Positions 47,913 to 57,600 of a DNA stretch of 64,000 nt are shown here, in pieces. Position 1 is the stretch's first letter. Every line of letters starts with the position of its first letter. Source of the stretch: Sporopachydermia quercuum (taxonomy: Eukaryota). The notes beneath the pieces were generated by a model. The model made no database searches. It was not told the origin of the DNA and saw only the letters and a program-made list of their open reading frames with translations. The DNA lies in contig BCGN01000007.1 in the NCBI GenBank assembly GCA_001599295.1, forward strand, positions 1,229,791 to 1,293,790, given 5' to 3'. Made by a program: the position numbers and the translations under genes.

Positions 47913-49460
47913 TATGCGTCAACAGCTCGTTTTTGTTGTTTTTGAAATCAGATTATGTTCCGTCGTATTTTCCGTCATAGCGGATTACCGTATATAATCT
48001 CCGTTCTCTTTCGTAGATTATCGCTATTAGAATAATCAAATCAATTCCGATATTGCATCACGGGCTCTCACTCTCAACGCGATGATTGCAGCACTGGATG
48101 GTACTTTTTTACCGAGTTAGTTTGTTGCATCCGATTTGATCTGTTCCATGAATAAATTTGAACCTAATAAACGAGTTTATGCCGATATTGAACGCAATAA
48201 TTCCAAATCTATCGAATAGAACTTTCGATATTTCTATCAAAATGTTCTGTTTCCTTCCAACTCGCCACCAATGGCTCTAGCTTAAAGTCCCAAAATTATT
48301 TCTGGTCTAGCAATATTACTCCCGCTTTTCTTTCCCTATCTTTGATGGGCATTCCTATTCTCCTCGTTATTCTCTTTCTACGGTAAGGGTTATGAAAATG
48401 CTACAAAAATGCAATGAGAACGTAGCAGAATCACCAATTCTGATTATCAAACCCTATAAATAAACCCAGATTGATTGATTGGATTTTTTTACTTGTTGCT
48501 TATTTATTGTTTCTTAATTGTCGGTCTTCTTCCTTTTTTAACGGCTGTTTAGTGGATTACATATATTTCAAATGAACATACTAAGTTTACTATCCGTATC
48601 GTAAGCCGAGATTTATTCTTCTTTTTCTCCGACATTGTTTCCGTTTATTATTCCGTTGTTTCATTTGGTTTCCCAGCGTTTATTCAGTTGCTAATAAGAA
48701 GAAGAAATTACATATGCAAGCAAAATTGGGTACTATGTACAAGAACCTGAAATGTGAGCTGGTACGGGATTGAGTTTGACTTCCTCAGAAGAGTTTCTTG
48801 TAAGGGAACATAAAGCTGGTACAGGAGTTATGCATGAAGATAATTCTAGTACAGAACTCTTCGTTCTAGATCACATGATCTAGTACGGCTGTTGTTATAT
48901 TAACGGTGGATTGCCAAAAAAAAGCACAGAAACAAAACAAGAGAAGCAATCATTCAACTAATCAAATTATCGCGTGTTTAGAACATATCCTATTATTGAA
49001 ATATGAACAAGATTTCTTAAATACTGGTAATACTGATAGAATATATAGTACTGCTTCGTATTGAAGTGAAAGTGATTACTACAAGAATATGAAACTGAGG
49101 GAAAAAATTGATGTTATAGGTAGAAATTTAAAATTCGGATGGATCTTATATGCATAATAATGTATAAATACGCAGGATACATGCACTTAACTACTGCACT
49201 CTTAAGAGCCTGTATTTAACGTAAACGACACACACTTGCATATTATCTCTCTACCAATACAGAAGACATGCTTACTAATAAATTAAACAATCTAGTATAT
49301 TATAAGCTAATTAAAAATAAATATGAATAATAAAAAACCAAGTTTACATATCAAATGCACAAATGAATAGGTAATTCACGCCTGACGACAGCCTGAAATA
49401 TCGCTCTGAGTGTCCTCAAAGTGCGACACAAAGATCCACAAAGACCCACACACCCCGCCG

Positions 49461-52400
49461 TTATTTCTCTTTGTCCTCAATTATATTTTCAAGCTCCTGT
49501 TTAGATTCATCCACAATCGGTTCGATTTTACTGAATTCGTGACTAGGTTCCGNGGCTTCCGCATCTGGAATGTCTGCTTCGGCAATAGGAACTTCTTCCT
49601 GTCCGGCTTCTGGCTCGGTTTCCTTTTCCAACTCAGCATCAGCCTTAGTTTGTGGCTCGTCTTCTACAGGATCTGTTTCAATTGTGATGGGGTCAATTTT
49701 GCCCGGTTCGGTATTGGTAGATCCCCCCTTTGAGACTACCCTTTTAGTCGAAACCGAGCGTTTAAGTTTTCTAAAAGCGGATGTAAACTTACCTCTTTTG
49801 GACTTCTTAGCAGTAGTATCAGCGGCATCAGTAGCAGGTGTGGCTGTTGGTTCTGATTCTGGAGAAGGTTCAGAAGATGTTTCAGTTTCGGGTTCTATTT
49901 CCTCATTGGGAAATTTTTCACCTTCGGCAATTTCAGCTTCATTAGCCTCAGCCTCGACTTTGGTTTCAGCTTCCGGCTCGGGTTCAACTTCGCTTTGTGG
50001 CTTAGAAACCTGCTCTGGTTCTTCTTCCGGGTTGATTTCAGGATCAGCTTCCTCATTAGGAGTATATATTGCCTCTTCTGGTTCATTAGACTCGGCTTTG
50101 GTTTCCTCTTTCTGTTCGACAGGATCCTCAGTCTCAGTCTGAGTTTCCTCTTTGGGCTCTTTATCCTTCTTTTTTGAGAATAAATGCCCTAAGGAGAACC
50201 GTTTTTTACTGTCGGTTTGGGAAGGATGGATAGCTGCGCCACTGATGAAAGGTTTGGGTTCTAGGTCTATTTCCTGGTTGGAAAGCTCACTTGCTTCTCT
50301 AGGTTCAGTTTCCGTTTCAGGTTCCGCTTCCGGCTCGATTTCAGGCTCAGTTTCCCCATCGGGAGCATTTGCTTCAGATTTGATGACCGGTGATTCTTCG
50401 GATTCGGCAGCTTCAGGTTTCGCTTCTGGTTCTTCTTGTAGCATATTAGGTAGCTCAGGGTCGACTTTCGTTTCCGCTTTTGATTCCGCTTTTGCATCGG
50501 CTTTCGGTTCAATCTTGTTAGCACCACTTACGGCACTAGCACCACTTTTAGCCACATTAGCCACACTTCCTACCGCATTCGACGCCGTTGTGGAAATTAC
50601 TCCCGCAGCCACAGCTGCTACGCCAACCGTTCCGGCCGCTAAGCCCTTGAAATAACCACTAGCGGAAGAGCCTTTTTCCCTTTTCGCTTGCTTTTTAGCT
50701 TCTTTTTCGGCTTTCTTTTGACGTTTCCGTTCTTCTTTAGCGGCTAATTCTTCCGCTTTAAGCCGTTCAGTTTCTTGGCGCTGCGCCTCAATTTCTGCTG
50801 CGTGTTGCGCCTCAAGTTTCTCCTTTTCGAGCCGGGCAGCTTCAGCGGCCGCAGCTGCTCTTGCCCTTTCAGCCTCCTGTTCTGCCCTACTTCGCTCCTC
50901 CTCCTCGGCTCTTTCCTTTTTAAGCTTTTCTTCCGCAGCACTCTTCTTTTGTGTCCACTCATTCAACCTTTGTTCATACACTTTTCTCTTTTCGGCGATT
51001 TCAGTTTCCCTTTCCAGTAAAATCTTTTCCTTTTCTGTCCATTCTTCTTGTTTTTGTTCCAAAGTGGCCGATTTCTCCTCATTTGACTGCTTTAATGCCT
51101 CAAGCCGAGCCTCTTCGGCATGGATTTCCTCAATTTGTTGCTCCACTTCAGCTTTTTTCTCACCCAGTTCAGTAATATTATCCTCCTGGAGGCTCATTTC
51201 CCGCTTAGCCTCCTCAATCTGGGCCAACGTTTGCTCATTCTTGACTTTAAACTCACTCGATTCGGCAACAACAGCCTCAGTATTCTCTTTCAGCCCCCGG
51301 ACTTTCTGGCGTGTTTCCACCTGCGCTACCACGTGCTCATTTGCCGGCACCAAGTGTTTTGTGGTTGTGGCTTTAAGGGCGGCGATTGAGGCACCGGCGG
51401 CTAAAATCTGGGCCTTTATCGCATTTTCCTTGCCTCTTCCGGTAAGAATATGTTTTTGCAATTTGGTTTCGGTTTTATTTATGGTTTTAAGTTTTTCCTC
51501 CTCGCCTTTAGAATGAACCTTATGTCTCTTTTGGTCGATTTTAGCCACAGAATTAAACGCCTTAGTCTCATTCTTCAATCTAACCCGTTCCGAATGCTCT
51601 TCGATTTTCGATCTGAGGATTGCGTGATCGTTTCCTTTCTTAAGGTATTTCGTCTCCAGTTTCTTGTTTAGGCGCTCCTGTTTTAACTGGTGTTTGAACT
51701 GCGCCTCAGAAAGTGCGGCTTGGCGGTTTTCCTCGTCTTTATTCCGAAGCTCCTGGGACGTTTCGTCGATTATTGAAAGCACAGGTTGGACTTTAGCCGA
51801 GGCAATCTCGTCCAATTGTTGTTGGGAGATGAATTTACCTCCTCCTATTGGGATCGTTGGTTTAGTATAATCAGCCGCAGTCAAATGAGATTTTGCGATA
51901 GAGAAATGGCCAATGGATTTGATTTCTGCTTCGCGGAACGTTGATGCTGTTGAAGTGGCTGTAGTGGTGCGAGTGATAGGAGAAGTAGCTGAGGCCAAGA
52001 CTAAGGCTGAGTCAGCAGGCTCGTTAATTTCTGCAGCGCCACTTAGACCGATTACAGTACCGGAGTTCTTTCTAGATAAGGAAAGCTTAGAGGAGACAAT
52101 ACTGGAGGCCCTCTTAGTGAATTTGGAAACGGGATTGGTCGAACCGGTATAAGATGCCGAGGGTGGGACGAAAGAGGAGTCAGCGTTACCAGAATTGGAA
52201 GGCTGATCACCTGAAATGGTAGTTGCTCCATCAGCCGAGCCTCTCAAAGTCTCCGCTTCAGGCGAAGCTGTGGCGGTATCATTCGAAGTCGGTGTGTCAC
52301 TTGCTAGGACACCCGCTGTGTCCTTTGAAGATGAGTTGGCGGTTTGCTTTGGTTTTGTAGTAGTCCTTTGTCTGACAGTTGAGCCATGTCTGAAAGGGGA

Positions 52401-52514
52401 TTTGTAACCATCATCAGCATGTGATATAAACGTATGCTTTTTGTCCTTTTCTGCTAACTTTATTTTCTCCTCGTGGAGTTTCTTCTCTAAGTCTAAAAAT
52501 ACTTTTGATGCCAT
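49461..52514 (-). CDS. Eisosome-associated coiled-coil protein (Eis1-like) with acidic Glu/Pro-rich C-terminus
   Basis: IPIGGGKFISQQQLDEIASAKVQPVLSIIDE resembles the Eisosome1 motif; long coiled coil; first true ATG at 52514 (MASK). Confidence 0.75.
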   Translation of the reverse strand: MASKVFLDLEKKLHEEKIKLAEKDKKHTFISHADDGYKSPFRHGSTVRQRTTTKPKQTANSSSKDTAGVLASDTPTSNDTATASPEAETLRGSADGATTISGDQPSNSGNADSSFVPPSASYTGSTNPVSKFTKRASSIVSSKLSLSRKNSGTVIGLSGAAEINEPADSALVLASATSPITRTTTATSTASTFREAEIKSIGHFSIAKSHLTAADYTKPTIPIGGGKFISQQQLDEIASAKVQPVLSIIDETSQELRNKDEENRQAALSEAQFKHQLKQERLNKKLETKYLKKGNDHAILRSKIEEHSERVRLKNETKAFNSVAKIDQKRHKVHSKGEEEKLKTINKTETKLQKHILTGRGKENAIKAQILAAGASIAALKATTTKHLVPANEHVVAQVETRQKVRGLKENTEAVVAESSEFKVKNEQTLAQIEEAKREMSLQEDNITELGEKKAEVEQQIEEIHAEEARLEALKQSNEEKSATLEQKQEEWTEKEKILLERETEIAEKRKVYEQRLNEWTQKKSAAEEKLKKERAEEEERSRAEQEAERARAAAAAEAARLEKEKLEAQHAAEIEAQRQETERLKAEELAAKEERKRQKKAEKEAKKQAKREKGSSASGYFKGLAAGTVGVAAVAAGVISTTASNAVGSVANVAKSGASAVSGANKIEPKADAKAESKAETKVDPELPNMLQEEPEAKPEAAESEESPVIKSEANAPDGETEPEIEPEAEPETETEPREASELSNQEIDLEPKPFISGAAIHPSQTDSKKRFSLGHLFSKKKDKEPKEETQTETEDPVEQKEETKAESNEPEEAIYTPNEEADPEINPEEEPEQVSKPQSEVEPEPEAETKVEAEANEAEIAEGEKFPNEEIEPETETSSEPSPESEPTATPATDAADTTAKKSKRGKFTSAFRKLKRSVSTKRVVSKGGSTNTEPGKIDPITIETDPVEDEPQTKADAELEKETEPEAGQEEVPIAEADIPDAEAXEPSHEFSKIEPIVDESKQELENIIEDKEK

Positions 52515-54643
52515 TTTGAATTCTCTTTGACTACTGTTGAAACTATTGTTTGCACAATAAAAGAAATACAAGAATGGGAGAGAAAATACGTTAAAAAAGA
52601 TGAATTATCAGGTGTGGTGATGTGACTTATGACAAATGACTGTGTATTTAAGTCTTGAGCATGTGTTTGTGGTGTCTTTGTTGTGAATTACGCCTTGTTT
52701 ATGTTGTCTGCCTTCTTTTTGTAACTGATCCTTGATGATTTTATCCGATCTATGTTTTGAAACTTGATCTTCAACTTGTCCTGTTTGTCATACAGTTATT
52801 TCAATCTATGCTTATGCTTATGCTTAGGTGTATGCTAATCTAACTAATGCAAAACAAACAATTCAGTGTACAGGTGAAATATCAAACAAACAGAATGTAT
52901 TGTACAAAAAAACGCTGGGTTTCATATAAAGAAATAAGAATATTCTTGTTCAATTTAACGCGGGAAGTTGAGATAAGGAAGACTAAAGACACGGAAAGGT
53001 GAGAAAGAAAGAAAGCTGTGAATATGATTGATTGATGCTGTAACACGACACAGAATTCATTTCCAGAAAGGTTTGGACAAATACAAATTAGGAATTAAAA
53101 TAATTACTTTAATAGGAGAGTACTTCCACATCTGAGACAAGGTTCAGATTTTCAGCATGCAGGTTCATGTTGATCTTCTGCGGGTGGTAAGGTGGAGAAT
53201 ATAAAAAATAATAAAAACTGAAACTCAGATAGTGCTCTTAAGACTTCTATCATCAAAATGAGGATAAAAATGTGGTTTAAAGTGAAGTTTCTGGCTTTAT
53301 ATGCAGTTCTGGACAGCTCGAAGGTATTTGTGGGTACTTCGCGTGAAATCAATGTTTGTATTAAAAGTTGGCGGGTGAACTTTAAATACCTTGTCCGCAA
53401 ACTCAATTCCAAAATGACTGTCATTGTGATTTTGATTGAGATTGCGATGAAGATTGTCATGTGTGGGTGGTGGGTAGACAGCAGTTAGAGCATTTGCCAT
53501 ACAAAACACTAAAGTAAATAGCCAGAAATTCCGATTATAGTTCCTATTATTATATTTCAAACTTCTTTTAACCATATAATGATACCTTCAACTTCATGTT
53601 TATTTTATTTCTCTTGCTATTATGTCATTTTCCCTTTGTCTTGAAAAGGCTTGTTTGCCTTGCCCATCTTGCATATGGCACAAGCGATGTAATTATCGAC
53701 TCCACTTAGTTGTAATCGTTATGTCACTATGTATCACGTTTTCCTGTAAGTATTGTGGTACCATTTTGTCACACAATTTCATCTTTATTTTATGTACTCC
53801 CAAAACTAGAAAAGCAAGAAATTGTCACAACTCCCGTCACCTGACTCATCATGTCATTCTCCCCTGAACGCTTAATACTTCACAAACCCCACCAATTATC
53901 TAGCTCGAATGCCATTGTCAATTAACTAAATATTTTAATTTTCACTTGGAAATAGCAACTGTTTTCCACATAAAAGAATCCTGAAATTCTAGCAAGCTCT
54001 TGCCTTCATATCACCTATTTCCAGTATTTTTTCTTACCATGACGGCCCCACCGTGACAAATCAACCAATTCCCAGACTTTCTTCATCTAGTTAATATTAC
54101 ATAATCATAAAACATTAGGTCTCTTCCCAATATTTTTTTATAGTCACAAATACCTCATCCCCTTATAATTCACGAAGCATCATTTAGTATGCTCTTTTCT
54201 TCTTACACATTGCAGCAGTATTACCTAAAATCAGAAGGAACTGACTTGAAAGGGCAAAAATATTTCCCAATTGGTGAAGAAGACCTCTCATTTATTATCC
54301 AAAATCAGTTATTATCATCCGAAAACCTGTTTCAAGACGGAAAACTACTAGAACTGGTAACACTCGGTTCCCAAACCAGACCAACGCTGGCCGGTAGAGA
54401 TCGAAGTGGAAAAGATTAAAAAATCGGGATAAATGTGCCAGAATCTCGGATTTATTTCTCAATTAAGTAAACCTATCACCGGATTAAGCTAAATCCAAAA
54501 AAATCACACAAAAGGCAATACTTTTGCTACAAAAACATACGCAAAAGCCGTTTAATACACCAAAGCCATAGCCGAACTCTAATAGCTAATCCGGATATAC
54601 ACCTCTTTCTTCCTCCTCTGCTTTTCATCTCTTTCGGAAAAAA

Positions 54644-57600
54644 ATGAGCGGAACGTACAGCCTAATTCAGCCTCCAGAAATGCCCGATGTGCTAACCGGT
54701 GCCGCTTCTTGCTTAGAACAGTCAATTATATATGTACATGGCGGGGTCCTTGGCTCACTTCCGATACAGCAGTGCACACTAACTGAAATAGGAAAGTGTT
54801 ATGGTGGGGCCGCCCAATCCGCAAACACTAGAACAACCCCCGAAAGCGGATACTCCGAATCGGAGAAACTTCCGGGATCAGAATTGGGTTCAGTTGGATC
54901 CACTGCTGGAGCCGAGATCAGAATAGAAAGCGGAACAAGCGGGGCGGACGACATTCCCTCTATCTCTGACGAACTTTATTTCCTAAATATAATAGAACGC
55001 AACTGGGTTCGTGTCAAGCCGAACCGGAATAGCCCGAAACCATGTAAACGGTTCTTCCACTCAATTGCTGCGAGTAAAAGCTGTCTGTACCTTTATGGCG
55101 GGGTGACTTGGGTTGATTCCGGTGGAGACCCCCCAAATGACCCATCAGATCTCAATCAGGATGTTGATCTTGGCCCACAAAACCCTAAGTCGGATGGAAC
55201 GAGCACCAGCCGCGGAATAACGAGAAATTTAAAGGTCCTGAACGACTTTTGGATGTTTGACCTTCTGAAAAACTGCTGGTATGAGATTCAACCCCAAACA
55301 TCCGAGGGAGACGGAGAAGAATCAGAGTTAGAATTTCGGATGACCCCACGGTTTGGACACAAAGTGATGATTGTCCCAAATCTGCCCTACACGTTATTAC
55401 TTGATTCGTCACTATCCTACCATATTGGGAATTTAGCGTTGGCCAGACCATTAGAAGAAGACTATTTTAGTATAAGCGACTACGGGGTAGCAAGTAGCAC
55501 AACCGACACAACGGAAACAAGCGGATCAATCGAAAGCGGGGTAAACTCCAATTCTAATTCTAGTAGCTTCACAAATCGAACTTTCAACGGAATTCTCCTT
55601 ATTGGAGGCCGCGATAGTTCCGACTATGACATAAACGAACTATCAATATTCAATATCGGCAGCGGGGCCTGGGTTACGAGCGGGGTCAAACTCTATCAGG
55701 AATTAGATGCTGGATATTCCGATGATCCGCGGTTATCCCCCACATCCATGCATCCCCAATTAAGTAATATAGGCGAGGTGGATTTCACTGTTGGCTCAAG
55801 TTTAGTGAGCTATTACTGTGGAGGCTATTTTGGAGATAATAATGACGGTAATAGCGAGAAAACCGGAAACGATACCAACAAGAACGGAGACAATAGAAAT
55901 AATGGGACACAACACGCGTGTTTAATTGCCTTTTGTGGCAAGCGAAGATCTGCAGCTCATGCCCTGCATGGCCAACTTTCAACCACAAAGTCATACATGG
56001 CCCCGCAATTACTCGCATTCCCTCTTAAATACAACGCATCCAAAATCACCGGCTCAGCTCTGCAAAAATATAACGGAACGCAATTACCCCGCATCGGAGA
56101 TATCGTTAATATCTCGGGGGGTGTCTATGGAGACTATATTCTTATTGCGGGGACAGTGGTGTCTCAAAACTCGTATAGTATTTATTTGTACCATATAAAA
56201 ACGGGCTCTTGGTCGTTATTTGATGAGGACTACTATGATGCGGGGTTTAACGAGGTCAACTCGGGAGCATTTGGTGCGGTACCGGGAACAGGAACGGGAA
56301 CCGGGGCAAATAGCGGGGAGGAGAGACCTGCTGGTTCAGGAATTTTGAGCGGGAAAATGTATGAAGCAGTGAATAGCCCGTTTAATGGCTCGGGAGAGAG
56401 TAGTGAGGAAAATAGCCCAAGTGAGGAAAGTCAACCCGTAAGCGGGGTAGTTAGCATGGCAGTAAAGAAACTGAAAGAGCTAAACATTGCCGAGACGGAC
56501 GAAATCAGAGAGATGTCTCCTGATTTTGGTAATAAATCACCGGAAAAGGGAGGAGAAGGTTTGCAACAAGGGCTTTTACAAAACCCAAAAATCGGATCGG
56601 GACCCAAATCGGGCCAAGTAACCGAGAAAAGTTCTCTATTAGATAATACAGTGCAGCCTATTTCCTCCGAACAAGATAAACCTACCCTCCAAACATCCAG
56701 GTCCTCGTTACCTCCCGCGGAGCCCCTCTTTTTGGCATCCGCAGGGGTCTCCACCAGCTCTGTTGAGCCCCTCGGAACGCTGTGCCACAAATCACAAACA
56801 TTTATTTGGAAGTCTCACCACAAAATTATAACTTTGGGGACAAAGACATTACCCCGCAGCCCATCGGGGATTTATTTCCTTTCTAGGCCATTCACGCAAA
56901 CATTTTCTGATATGGCAGTTGTTGATTTATTAACAAATGGGGTAATTTCGCTCGAAACAGGAATCTTCTCCCCGGAAGCTTATTCTTTAGGAAAAGACTC
57001 CCTATACCGCTTTGGGAACTACATTTCCGATTTCGAACTAATAAGCGGTGAAAATAAGCGAATCCCCGCATCTATGCGTATATTAAGGTTCCGGTGGGGT
57101 AAATACTTTGAAACCTTATTACAAGAAGCGTATGAAGATAGTGTAGCACAGTTTCTAACATGTGATGAGGAATTAAGAGAGAAACGGCAGAGAATACTGC
57201 TTAATCAGGAAAGAAGAAGACGAGGGGCTGGCGGGGCCATGAGCGGGGTCAGTAGCCAACTGGGAAGCCGAAGTGGAGGTGTAAGCAGTAGTACAAACTC
57301 GCGATTTGCTAGTACCTCTTCTTATAGCTCAAACCTAAACTTTAATGACCAAAAAAGAGGTGTAAGCAGAAGTGGAAGCCGCAGCCGGAGCGGGAGCGGA
57401 AACGGAAGCGGCGTATTCGGATTTAACCCGATAAATAGACGCTCTTCCAGCTTATTTTCGTCTAGAACTCCGTCTTTAAGCGGAGCAAGTGTCCCAATGG
57501 GCGGGCCGGGCTTCGGACCTTCCTTTGCATCTGGAAGTGGAAGTGGAATTGGCCCCGGAAGCGTGAGCGGAACAACTTCCTCACTAGGAAACGCCACTAG

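Noticed and set aside
53152..54419. Overlapping short ORFs in the EIS1-like/MDS3 intergenic region
   Set aside because: No motifs, AT-biased composition and mutual overlap; better explained as promoter DNA.
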